From a virus, in the IMG/VR virus record IMGVR_UViG_3300044591_001745, positions 1-64,000 of that record: a stretch of DNA of 64,000 bases. One strand, 5' to 3'. Within the stretch, counting starts at the first letter, position 1, and the number at the start of each line of letters is the position of its first letter. The notes below the pieces were generated by a model. The model did no database searches and had not been told where the DNA came from. It saw only the letters and a program-made list of their open reading frames with translations. Positions 50,142 to 60,100 of this stretch are shown one piece after another. A program made the position numbers and the translations under genes.

Positions 50142-51410
50142 TCAAACTGTACTGCCAGGACCGCCTCCGGCAGTACCGGTTCCGCCAGTGCTGAATGTCG
50201 GAGTCGTACCTTCAAGACCACTTGCTGTTCTACCGCAGGTGTTAAAGCCTCTGCCACTATAAGGAGCAGCTGTAACAGTAATCTTAGCACCTTGATCAAC
50301 ATAGAAGTTATTATATCCGGTGAAGCTGTAGGTTACGGTAACGTTACCACCACCAGTATCTCCACCACTATAGTTAACACTTGTTAATCTGTTGTTCTTT
50401 CCTAGATAGAAATTCATACCTTTGGCACCATTGGAATCGCTAGCCGATGGTCCGCACAATCTAAGATAAATTTCTCTGGCTTGAAGATTTCTAGTATTGG
50501 CAGCACATGCACTAGCACTACCGAAATTACTTGCACTAACATCAAAGTCAGTAGCAATTACTTCAAATTCACTAGTAACTTCTAATGGAACATTAACGAA
50601 TCGAGTATAAGGATTTCTGCTACCTAGTTCAAATAGTGGTTCACGACCAAGATCGCAACTAACAGTTAGACTTGTGATATGGGGAACAACATTCTTTGCG
50701 CCATCATGTGGCATGATTATGCCGCCATCCCAAGATGTTAAGCCTGATGGTAGTACCGAATCACCAAGGTTAATGTTCCATCTACGAGCAATACCTGTGG
50801 CCCTTAAGTTATTGAAACCTTCTGTTTGAGCATCACTTGGATGTACTTGTTCACTAGCAGTACTAGCTGTTAGATTCGGAGAATCGGTAACACCAGCGCC
50901 AGTATACCATACTTTGTTATTTCCTACTAGTGTTGCTTCTTCTGTAAAATTACCGTCGGTAGCAAATGTATATGTAATAGATGACAAATACATACCTGTC
51001 ATCTTTACAGCATACTTGAGTGTACCTGTAGCATTTTGATTGTCGATATCACTACCAACTAACAAGCGAACGTTGCATCTACGGGAAGCAAGCTCAAGAA
51101 TATTTTTGCCGGTTGTGGAGTAGGAACTACCGCCGCAAGCCAACTTATATATTGGATCTGTATAATCAATAACTTTATTTAATGTTACTTCAATTTCGGG
51201 ATTATCATCGAGCACGTCATATTGATCAAATTCACCGAGTTGGAAGACGTTTTCAAGGTTGAAGTTGGTGGAAATGCCTACGCTCTGAACGCCAAACACG
51301 CCTTTCCAAGTACCAACAGCTTCAGGATTAGCAGCATCGATACCAGGACCATTAACGCCTTGCATTTGAACAGCTTGTACGGCATAATAAATTCTATTTG
51401 CACTTGCCAT
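50142..51410 (-). CDS. Major tail tube protein (422 aa), internally duplicated tube fold
   Basis: Strong SD GAGGTGA and own promoter-like motif. Position between terminator and chaperones/TMP. Two similar halves (VQSVGIS..NLENVFQLG / ITSLTVS..GREPLFELG). Confidence 0.8.
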   Translation of the reverse strand: MASANRIYYAVQAVQMQGVNGPGIDAANPEAVGTWKGVFGVQSVGISTNFNLENVFQLGEFDQYDVLDDNPEIEVTLNKVIDYTDPIYKLACGGSSYSTTGKNILELASRRCNVRLLVGSDIDNQNATGTLKYAVKMTGMYLSSITYTFATDGNFTEEATLVGNNKVWYTGAGVTDSPNLTASTASEQVHPSDAQTEGFNNLRATGIARRWNINLGDSVLPSGLTSWDGGIIMPHDGAKNVVPHITSLTVSCDLGREPLFELGSRNPYTRFVNVPLEVTSEFEVIATDFDVSASNFGSASACAANTRNLQAREIYLRLCGPSASDSNGAKGMNFYLGKNNRLTSVNYSGGDTGGGNVTVTYSFTGYNNFYVDQGAKITVTAAPYSGRGFNTCGRTASGLEGTTPTFSTGGTGTAGGGPGSTV

Positions 51411-51479
51411 TTCTCACCTCATAAAAAATGTTATTGAGTTTGTATTGTTATTTGAAGTAGTCTGTTAGAGAACTAGATA

Positions 51480-51489
51480 ATTGTACACC
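51480..51489 (-). promoter_or_regulatory. Putative late promoter motif GGTGTACAAT
   Basis: Recurrent intergenic motif upstream of the tail tube gene. Confidence 0.55.
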
Positions 51490-51501
51490 AGATGATTAAG
51501 T

Positions 51502-52452
51502 TTACAAAATAATTTTGACGCCCAATCTTATTGTACTATAATACACCTTATTATTCAAAGATTCCATATCCATTACAGTAATATTATCAATATGGCCTAT
51601 TCTCCATAAATATTCGCTAGAGTCATCGACCAATTGGTTATAATTTTGACCATATATATTTTTAGAGCCATTGGGATTCAACGGATAAACTTTATTAGCT
51701 ACAACTTTATTAATATCATACAGTCTTATTTCTTTGTCTTTTTGCAGTCTAATTATGTCTATAATGTTATTTTTATCAACATAATTTTCTGTAAAAACAT
51801 GCAAAAGTACATCTTGATCAGCCCAGTACTTTTTAGTGCCTAGCTCATATGGCTTAAAGTTGGATTCTGCGACTGGTTCTATAACTACACACGGCATCTG
51901 GATCCTATGGTTAGACGGAATAGCAGCATCAACATCTCCTCGCTTGTAGGTCAATTGCTGTAACTCTTTCCAATCATTTAGATTATCATTAGCTTTGTAT
52001 GTTTGTATAGTGCGAAAACAATAATTCATCTCTACTGAAGCATTGGCTGGTAAACCACTAGGGAACGTTACCCTACCCAATTCATAATTGAAAGAATAAG
52101 GGTATTGAGGATTTCCAGTAGGACCAGGAACAAATGTATTGTTCACGTATACGCCACTGATAGCTATTGGAGCCGATCCATTAAAATTAATCCCGGATTC
52201 ATACACCCATTGTTTTTTAAAGGTTTCCCAAACTCTGTTCTTTTGCAAAGATGGGTCTTGTCTAAGGGCTAATTTATGAAATGCTGCTGTACTGTTAATA
52301 TTGCTGGATGGTCGAGAAATATTGACAAATCCACCAATATTAATAAACCCCCAATCTAAAAAGCTTTTTAAATTATGCTCTAGTTGAGTATATAAATAAT
52401 AGTTGCCAATACTTTCAACATTTTGAAAATTTGGATTAAAATCACAACTCAT
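51502..52452 (-). CDS. Putative tail terminator/completion protein (316 aa)
   Basis: Directly upstream of the tube gene. MPCVVIE...QDVLLHVFTE...IIDII pattern resembles gpU/gp17-type terminators. Confidence 0.55.
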   Translation of the reverse strand: MSCDFNPNFQNVESIGNYYLYTQLEHNLKSFLDWGFINIGGFVNISRPSSNINSTAAFHKLALRQDPSLQKNRVWETFKKQWVYESGINFNGSAPIAISGVYVNNTFVPGPTGNPQYPYSFNYELGRVTFPSGLPANASVEMNYCFRTIQTYKANDNLNDWKELQQLTYKRGDVDAAIPSNHRIQMPCVVIEPVAESNFKPYELGTKKYWADQDVLLHVFTENYVDKNNIIDIIRLQKDKEIRLYDINKVVANKVYPLNPNGSKNIYGQNYNQLVDDSSEYLWRIGHIDNITVMDMESLNNKVYYSTIRLGVKIIL

Positions 52453-53114
52453 ACAATAGCTCTTTCTATTTGCTGAATAATAATAGAGTTAATTTCATCA
52501 GATAATGAGTCTATGGCTCTAGTTACCCAGTTATTAGTTATGGTGCCGGCAAATTCTGGAGGAACTCTCCAATTAGAAGATGAATCACTTCTCATAATAG
52601 CATACCCCGTTCTAGAGTATGGATTTGGCCCTAATACTACCTTATAATCCTTAACCAAAACTTTACCTCCGTCTTTCAATAGCCATTGCAACCAAGGTAA
52701 TGAATATCCTCTATCGGTATCTATCATAGAGGCCTCAGCCAAAGACAAAACATCTTGTAGGTTGGATGCAATCATTCCTAAAGAAAAGCCTCCAGATAAT
52801 CCAGCATTATTTATTTTGATAGGCTTCATGTCAATATTAATATTATTGCTCCATGTATCTACTATTTTATCGGCTTGATTTTGACTATCATATAAGCCAA
52901 ATTCAAATTTTAATTGACCATTTAATAAAGATTGGTACTCAGGAGTATTTTTAATGGTCTTATTTATTAGCTCTTGTATATTTTTAGTTATATTGGGTAA
53001 TGCTTTACGGAATGTTTGTTCAACATCTTCTTGCAGAGCTTCTAAAATCAATTTTCTGATAGTAGAGTCAGATTCTATTAATCTAACTGAGTATTTCACT
53101 ACTTTTGGCTCCAT
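52449..53114 (-). CDS. Putative neck/tail-completion protein (HK97 gp10-like position)
   Basis: Sits between stopper and terminator. LPWLQWLL and NNWVTRAI motifs. True start may be GTG at 53097-53099 (GGAG SD 8 nt upstream, TAGTG overlap). Confidence 0.5.
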   Translation of the reverse strand: MEPKVVKYSVRLIESDSTIRKLILEALQEDVEQTFRKALPNITKNIQELINKTIKNTPEYQSLLNGQLKFEFGLYDSQNQADKIVDTWSNNINIDMKPIKINNAGLSGGFSLGMIASNLQDVLSLAEASMIDTDRGYSLPWLQWLLKDGGKVLVKDYKVVLGPNPYSRTGYAIMRSDSSSNWRVPPEFAGTITNNWVTRAIDSLSDEINSIIIQQIERAIV

Positions 53115-53602
53115 ATGGCAAATAAATAATTAGTATCTCCAAATCCCATAGGTTGTGGTGCTCCAGATAATGTATACGGAGTTGTATCATCAGAACCAAA
53201 TGTTATATAATCTGCACTAATTAATTTATTTAGCAATTCTGTCTTGCATAGTGTCTGAACAGTACCTCCATCAGCAACTCTTACAGTCTTAGAACCCCAA
53301 TCATACCACGTACTAGTATTGGCTATTACTCCTAAGTATACTGTCTCTATAACATTAGAGTCAATATATCCTTTACCTAAACATACAGGACACAATGAGT
53401 TTTCTTCAAATGGTTGTGGACCAACACCATTGTATATGTTCGATGATCTGTTAGTAATAGGATCCATTTCGCAGTTACCACAATAGATAGGCTTAGTGGA
53501 TCCATATTTAAGTTTGCATGGAATAGTTAGTGCATCTTTTAGCAATAGGGAGTCTATAGCTTGATTAAATAGTTCTTTCATCTGCGGAGTAATAAATTGC
53601 AT
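53099..53602 (-). CDS. Putative head-closure (stopper) protein with CxxC...CxxCxGxG motif
   Basis: CGNC...CPVCLGKG. Position in neck cluster. Start reassigned from 53614 to ATG 53600-53602 (GAGG SD upstream). Confidence 0.55.
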   Translation of the reverse strand: MQFITPQMKELFNQAIDSLLLKDALTIPCKLKYGSTKPIYCGNCEMDPITNRSSNIYNGVGPQPFEENSLCPVCLGKGYIDSNVIETVYLGVIANTSTWYDWGSKTVRVADGGTVQTLCKTELLNKLISADYITFGSDDTTPYTLSGAPQPMGFGDTNYLFAIWSQK

Positions 53603-53628
53603 ATAAAACCTCATAAGAAGATTGCTTA

Positions 53629-53638
53629 ATTATACACC
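53629..53638 (-). promoter_or_regulatory. Putative late promoter motif GGTGTATAAT
   Basis: Recurrent intergenic motif; this copy also contains TATAAT. Confidence 0.55.
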
Positions 53639-53649
53639 GTACCAAATAA

Positions 53650-54594
53650 TTAGCAATAATATGAATTTTCGGCTATTTTGTTGTATCTTTTCCAAAATCC
53701 ATTATATGATTTATGTTTCCAGTTAATAAGTAAATCATTAAAATTAGTTTTACAATATATACCACTGACTAGTATATTAGTGTCTAAATAGCATCTATTA
53801 TTATAACAGCATATTAAATTATAGTGTTTTTGTTGTTCTGTATTCAAAATACTTATAGTATCGGTATTGGTTCCATTCACTATATGTTTTGCAGACAATC
53901 CTACTATGTATCCGAACACTCTTTCTAAGGAGTGCTCATACGTTGGTCCGAATCTATCAGAAGCTTTTCCAGATATTAATAAAGCATATAAATTATCTAT
54001 AATCTTATCATTAAAATATTGCTGAAACAATTCTGTACGGGACCAAAAGATACTACCAGCAATGAATGTTAGATCTGTTCTCTGTGATTGATATTGATCT
54101 AGTCCTAGAGTGTCTTGTAGAATTTCTTGAATTAGTAATTGATTAAAACCCTCTTTATCTCTATTTAGCATTAATCCAGTATTTCCTATCATTCCAATAT
54201 TTTTATTTGAATCTATCATTTCTAGATTAGATAAAAAAATATCTTTATTACCTATTAATGAATGTACTAATAAAATTCTCCAATCAATATTTTTATGCTC
54301 TCCCCATAAGGATTGTTTAGAGTGCAATTTAATAAAATATGGATATTCAGAACTGTCAATATTTTTAAGTTGTAATAAGAATGGTCCGATATCTGAACCC
54401 TTATTAGGAAGTATAGTCAGGTCATAGAAAAAATTTTTTTCTAATTTGAATCTGACAGATTCTTCTTTTTTAGTGATGTGATCGCATATTGCAACGCACA
54501 ATTTTATGTAGGAACTGATGGGCTTTAAAAGAGAAATATATTCATCTAATAATGAATCATCATACAAATACAACAATACTAATACTTTTGTCAT
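53650..54594 (-). CDS. Rhamnan synthesis F (RgpF)-like glycosyltransferase (314 aa)
   Basis: Motif order NKGSDIGPFL, KLHSKQS, WRxxLxxxLIG, FIAGSIFW, HSLERVFG matches the RgpF family (NxGRDxxPF, KxHxKKS, FxAGxMFW, HAxER). Confidence 0.8.
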   Translation of the reverse strand: MTKVLVLLYLYDDSLLDEYISLLKPISSYIKLCVAICDHITKKEESVRFKLEKNFFYDLTILPNKGSDIGPFLLQLKNIDSSEYPYFIKLHSKQSLWGEHKNIDWRILLVHSLIGNKDIFLSNLEMIDSNKNIGMIGNTGLMLNRDKEGFNQLLIQEILQDTLGLDQYQSQRTDLTFIAGSIFWSRTELFQQYFNDKIIDNLYALLISGKASDRFGPTYEHSLERVFGYIVGLSAKHIVNGTNTDTISILNTEQQKHYNLICCYNNRCYLDTNILVSGIYCKTNFNDLLINWKHKSYNGFWKRYNKIAENSYYC

Positions 54595-55136
54595 ATCTTA
54601 TTAATAAATACTGTTCCTGTCCATATAATGTTTTTTGAATTTATCCCATTTACAGCAAAAACTATAGTCCCAGTATTGCTATCTGTATTGATCGCAACAA
54701 CAAGACTATTCATTCCGCTATCAGAAAAAATAAGTCCAGAATTAATCCAAGAAGACATAACTCCAGAGGAATTTCTTTTAACTGCTCCTTGTATATTAAA
54801 AGCTGCGGCCAAGTCATCAGTAACATTATAAGCAGAAACTGCCGCATAAAAAGATGATATAGATTTTTGAGGAATATACAGCGCAGTATTAGAGTCTGTA
54901 TTTAAAAAATATGTATTGCTATCAGTTGTTGCTCCGCTCAACTTAACGATCTCATTCGGCTTGCTAGGAGGTGCTGCCCTTCCTCTAGGTCCACGAGCGC
55001 CAGGAGGTCCGGGAGGACCATCTTTACCAGCAGGACCAGGAAAGCCGCTTGTAATTTCTATTATATTAGACTCAATAAAATTATCTATGACAGATAACCT
55101 ATCTCCATCATTAATGGCAATAATTTCTGCCATCAT
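54591..55136 (-). CDS. Short collagen-motif fibre protein (181 aa)
   Basis: Eight Gly-X-Y triplets GFPGPAGKDGPPGPPGARGPRGRA. C-terminal beta domain paralogous to the C-terminus of 57181..60387. Confidence 0.8.
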   Translation of the reverse strand: MMAEIIAINDGDRLSVIDNFIESNIIEITSGFPGPAGKDGPPGPPGARGPRGRAAPPSKPNEIVKLSGATTDSNTYFLNTDSNTALYIPQKSISSFYAAVSAYNVTDDLAAAFNIQGAVKRNSSGVMSSWINSGLIFSDSGMNSLVVAINTDSNTGTIVFAVNGINSKNIIWTGTVFINKI

Positions 55137-56563
55137 TGACCTCCTGATGTGTTGTATTTAATAAGTTTTGGATTATTAACAGTTCCAGTAATAGAGCTTT
55201 CGATATTGAAAGAAGTGGTATTCGTCACTGTACTAAAAACAGGTGTGCTAGATATTGTTCTTGTTGTTGCGACCGTACCTGTTCCATTATCATATTCAAT
55301 AATAATGATATCTCCATTATCTAAATTATATGTTGAATCACCACTTATGGTAACTGATGTTCCGGATAGAGTTATGTCTCTATGAATATCTCCACAGGCA
55401 TTAAAATTAATGGCACTATTCGATGATTCATTTTGGAAATATACTATTAGTTTTACTCCTCCTATCAGTCCAGAATCTTTTTCATTTTCATCAATAGAAT
55501 ATAGTTTCCAATCACCAAAAACATTCATTCCCTCAAATGTCTTAAGCCCACTACCATATACGGTAATATTTTTATTAGAATCTGATGAATTAAAAGCACC
55601 ATAGGGTAGAGGAAATAATAGAGATGCTGGATTTGTACATCCTGGTAAAGCAGATGCTAAATTTTTATTCGCAATAAGCGTATTATTATAATCCATAACA
55701 TTTGCAACTGTAGGTGCAGACCCATCAGGTCTAGTTATAGCATAGTCTGATAAAATAAAATTCAAATTTTTTGGTAAATTGTTATTAGAGAACTTATTTT
55801 TATCTAGCAATAAAACTCCACTACCATTATGTGCTAATAACATGCGAACATCAGTAGGGTTAGAATGAGTAAAACCATCAAAGAAAACGTCTATACGTTC
55901 TATTATTCTTGACTCTGTGACAGTAACTCCTATAGGAAATGGACTGCTCTTTCCGTAGGGATTTTCATTATTAATAGTTACTCTATCTTGTAAATAAACA
56001 ACTGTTGAATCTGTAGATGTATTAACTAAAGAATATATAACAGCATTTCCTCCTATAAATTCGCACGGAGAACCTACACAACTATCCAATATACTATAGC
56101 TTGAAAGGTTTAACTCTGACCCAAATACTGGTTGAGATGATTCCTCTGTTATTGTGCAGCTCGGTATGGTCTCGGACGGTATTAGTCTGCGTCTCAATGT
56201 GATGGTTCCTTGTAATAGTCTTTTAACAACCCTGGACCCTCCCGTATAAAATAAATCAGGAGAGGTTACTTCTAATTCATAACTAGCAGTATCCCACGTA
56301 TAAGCATTTGTGGTTTCTGCTGGTAGTCTAAGCTTTATCAGTCCTTGATTTGGAATTATACTAAAAGAATAATTGGGAGTAGTAGTATTGCCAGTAGTGC
56401 TAAATGTAATCAAATTGGTATTAGAGCCACTGAGAGGCTGAATTCTCATAACGACACAATAATTAGAAATATCAATAGGTACTTGAGACGAATTAAGATA
56501 TTTAAAATCTATAGCAAAAATTGTTCCTTGCTCTATAGCAAAATTATATTCTGTAGCTGCCAT
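55133..56563 (-). CDS. Fibre-attachment beta-sandwich protein fused to a proprotein-convertase P-domain (476 aa)
   Basis: N-terminal YNFAIEQG...PIDISNY...YELEV...RLLQGTITL (BppU/LtfC-like adaptor). FTHSNPTDVRMLL...FEGMNVFGDWKL.SID...DSGLI matches the P/Homo-B domain pattern. Confidence 0.7.
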   Translation of the reverse strand: MAATEYNFAIEQGTIFAIDFKYLNSSQVPIDISNYCVVMRIQPLSGSNTNLITFSTTGNTTTPNYSFSIIPNQGLIKLRLPAETTNAYTWDTASYELEVTSPDLFYTGGSRVVKRLLQGTITLRRRLIPSETIPSCTITEESSQPVFGSELNLSSYSILDSCVGSPCEFIGGNAVIYSLVNTSTDSTVVYLQDRVTINNENPYGKSSPFPIGVTVTESRIIERIDVFFDGFTHSNPTDVRMLLAHNGSGVLLLDKNKFSNNNLPKNLNFILSDYAITRPDGSAPTVANVMDYNNTLIANKNLASALPGCTNPASLLFPLPYGAFNSSDSNKNITVYGSGLKTFEGMNVFGDWKLYSIDENEKDSGLIGGVKLIVYFQNESSNSAINFNACGDIHRDITLSGTSVTISGDSTYNLDNGDIIIIEYDNGTGTVATTRTISSTPVFSTVTNTTSFNIESSITGTVNNPKLIKYNTSGGQ

Positions 56564-56578
56564 TTAAAATGCCTTATA

Positions 56579-57094
56579 TTATGAAAATAAATCTCTACCA
56601 CGATCTTCAACATATGGAATAGAGGATGGATTAAATCTGTTACCAACGAATGGACTGAGTATAGCTCTAACTGCGGTAGCCTCTTTAACGTCCCAATGAG
56701 ATGTTAATTCATCATAAGCTGCACATGGACCTTTCTCTAGAATTAGCCTTAATCCTTCTAAACTTCCACCAATACTCAAGCTGGCAGGACCAAGGGCCGC
56801 CCTTATGCCTTCCATAGCTGCTTTTGTTCTTAATGCGCTTTGATCTATTATACATGCTGCCTTAAGAGAAACCAAACTAATAAATATTTCGTCTCTATCT
56901 TCGGTTGGATCTGGACTCATAGATGTTGTAGTAACATCAACCTCATACTTATGATCTAAAACAACATCAAATTGTACATATTTTGCAGCTACCGATATGA
57001 CCTGTAGAAGCCTCTCATCGCTATAAGTGGGCTGCTCGGACATATCGTTGATCAGAGTTCGTACTATAATGGGAAGCTCTATCTGCCAACTCAT
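56579..57094 (-). CDS. Putative head-tail adaptor (SPP1 gp15/HK97 gp6-like) (171 aa)
   Basis: IVRTLINDM...YSDERLLQVI N-terminal pattern. Helical. Position at the head of the neck cluster. Confidence 0.6.
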   Translation of the reverse strand: MSWQIELPIIVRTLINDMSEQPTYSDERLLQVISVAAKYVQFDVVLDHKYEVDVTTTSMSPDPTEDRDEIFISLVSLKAACIIDQSALRTKAAMEGIRAALGPASLSIGGSLEGLRLILEKGPCAAYDELTSHWDVKEATAVRAILSPFVGNRFNPSSIPYVEDRGRDLFS

Positions 57095-57136
57095 AAGTAA
57101 TATGGCCTTTCTTAAATAATTATATGTTTATACCTC

Positions 57137-57146
57137 TAGATACACC
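57137..57146 (-). promoter_or_regulatory. Putative late promoter motif GGTGTATCTA
   Basis: Recurrent intergenic motif upstream of the adaptor gene. Confidence 0.5.
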
Positions 57147-57180
57147 TTAACTAACTATCCTCAAAATTTATCTAATTGAC

Positions 57181-60100
57181 CTAATAACTAACTTGACTAT
57201 AATCTATCACAGCTATCCAACGAATATTGGTACTAGCTAGTCCAGTAACGTTAATTTGCAAAGCTTCATTTGTATCATCTGCTGTAACAGTAGCTACTAA
57301 TCCATTCATAACTCCTCCATCTGTCCAGCTAGTGGTAGTACTTCCCAATAAGGCTGTGCCATTCGCCCCATTCCTTCTTATAGCTCCTCGTATATTCCAT
57401 CCCATACCTAAATTGCCAGTATCATTATATGCACTTAATTTAATATCAAATGTCCATGTAGTTTTTGCTGGAATAGTTATTCTATTAGAAGAACCAGCTG
57501 CGGCCCCATCTAATGTCAAAATAGTAGCTGTAGCATTAGACGTTTGCATTCTAGCAACCAATACTGAGTGTTGAGCATCGCCAGCTGTCGCAAAATATCC
57601 GGCTGCATGCGCAAATTCTCCATGCTTATCTGTTTTAGCCTGTTTTCCTCCTGCGATAAAAGAATTATTTCCAGATACATTATTTTCTTCACCAGCAGCT
57701 ACTCCATAGGAACCACTAACAATGTTTTTAAAGCCACCAAGAATAGAGCTATGCGTACTAGTAATTGTATTACTTTGTCCTCCAATAATTGATCCATAAT
57801 TGCCAGCAGCAACCTGAGTACCGGTGCTTCTGATAGCTTGCCAATCTATAGAGTATTGACCACGAGGATCTCCATCTTCAGTTCTTTGTACTGCTCCATA
57901 ATTACTTGGTTGTATTATTACAGGACCATTAGAATTAGTACTACTAAGACTATTGCCGTCTAATCTTAGATTGTCTACGTTTATTCTGCTGCTTGAACCA
58001 CCAAATACGGTAAACGCCCCATCTCCAGATAATGTTGCTATATTTGTAGCTCCAGCATACCATTTAAAGCTTTGACTTGATCCTGGAACTGTTTGCCATA
58101 CAGCATTAGTCTCTATACCAAAAGCATAGTCTCCACTAAAGGTACTGGTACTAGGTCTTAAAATTATTTTAACTCCGTCGCTACGACCACCAAAGTTTAG
58201 TGTAGGAGCACCTACTCCAGAAGCATTGAAAGAAAGGAAATTAGAATTAGGATTATTAAAATGTAAACTTCCAGTATTATTAAATGAAGACGTATTCGAC
58301 AATCCGGTTATTGATATATTTGATAAAGAGAGACTTTCTGGAATATCAGAAGACTGTATTGTAGATGAAACAAACCTTGTCCCATTCCCTCTCAAGTATT
58401 GTCCAGAAGTTGCGGTATTATTTACTCTAAACCCGAAATTATTGCTAACATTAATGTCTCCAACTACATGAAGAAGCTGGTCAGGAGCGGTTGTCCCTAT
58501 CCCAATATTTCCATTATTTAAAATACTTAATCTTTCTGTTCTATTATTAGTGCCGTCTCCATTATGCATTAAAAATGCGAACCTAGAAGATAAATTAGTC
58601 GTAGTCGATGCCGTGGATGTGATCGCATTACCAACACTTACCTCAGCAGAACCTGTCCAGAGCCCATTAAACATAATAATAGAGTTAGTATTACTTTGAG
58701 TTGCTGTGCTTGTTGCTGTGGCCGACTTCGGAAAGGTTAATGTGCCATTAACGTATGTACTCTGCCCATTTAGCCATACAAATTGAGTACCTAAATATGT
58801 ATTAGAATTTGTATATGTATTAGATCCAATGTCTATTCTATTTGTTGTGCTGGTATTGAACTGAATAAAAGTATTGCCACTAGGACCGATAACAATACCA
58901 TTAGTACTACTGTCTCCTACCATAATACCGCTACTGAATATCCCGCTCCCTATAACATGAAGCCTGCTAGTGGGTGTAGATATACCAACACCTAAATTGC
59001 CAGCATTGATATAAGAAGCTGAATTTATATCGCTAGTTAAAAAGATATCAGTATTATTACTTCCATCTATAAGAGAGAATGTGCCATTACCACCACTATC
59101 TAATGAAAACTTTGCTTTCTCTACAGAATTACTGTTGCTAAAATGAGCTATATCACAGCTCACTGTTCCTGTCGCTGCTACCTCTAGTCTGGTAGATGGA
59201 GATGCGGTACCTATTCCAAGATTTCCCGCTCCTGTCAGCCTCATTCTTTCAGTGTAAGAAGCTAAGAATATAAGATTGGCCTCACTGATATAGCCTATGC
59301 GCATATTAGCAGATGTTGCTGGAGATGCTGCTTGTTGTAATTCTATAAAAGCATTAAGGTTATTGTAAGAATTAAATTGTTTAGTAGCAAATAAACTAAA
59401 GTTTTCTAAGAATACTCCCCTATTTGTTGTATCGATGCCAAAAACATCTGTGCCATTCCTTCGTATAAAAAAATGATCCTCATAATTCCCAGTCGAGCCA
59501 ATCCTAAAATCAACAAATGTTCTCTGTCCTGGATGACCATTCTGAATTCTTAATATGTTGCCAGTAGAAGGAATATTTCCACTGATATGGACCAGCTGTT
59601 GAGGAGCGGTAGTCCCTATTCCTAAGTTACCAATACTATCTAATCTTAATCTTTCTGCTCCGTTAGTACTAACACAAACAGTATTAGCAGAAGGAGAAAA
59701 AAGCCCAGTATCGGAATCTCCAACAAATTCAAAAGATGGTAAAGACGCAGTGCCAGAGCCTGCTACAAATGACCCGGTTGCGCTAATGTCTCCATTAAAT
59801 ACAGAGTTACCAACGACATGAAGTTTGACGGATGGTACTCCTGTGCCTATACCTATGTTGCCTCCGCTGGTCATAATAAAATCGTTTTGATTAAATCTAC
59901 CTGCAACTATTCTATCATCACTAAATACTTCAAATACTGGTAACCCAGCATTATTATTAACACTCATCAGACTACCACTAAGATTATCTGTAACACTAAA
60001 AAGATTTCCATTAGTACCAACAACATTAATTAGTGTTGAACCACTAACAGAATTATATATATCTAATGGAATATTACTTAAACTATTTTGATTAATTCCT

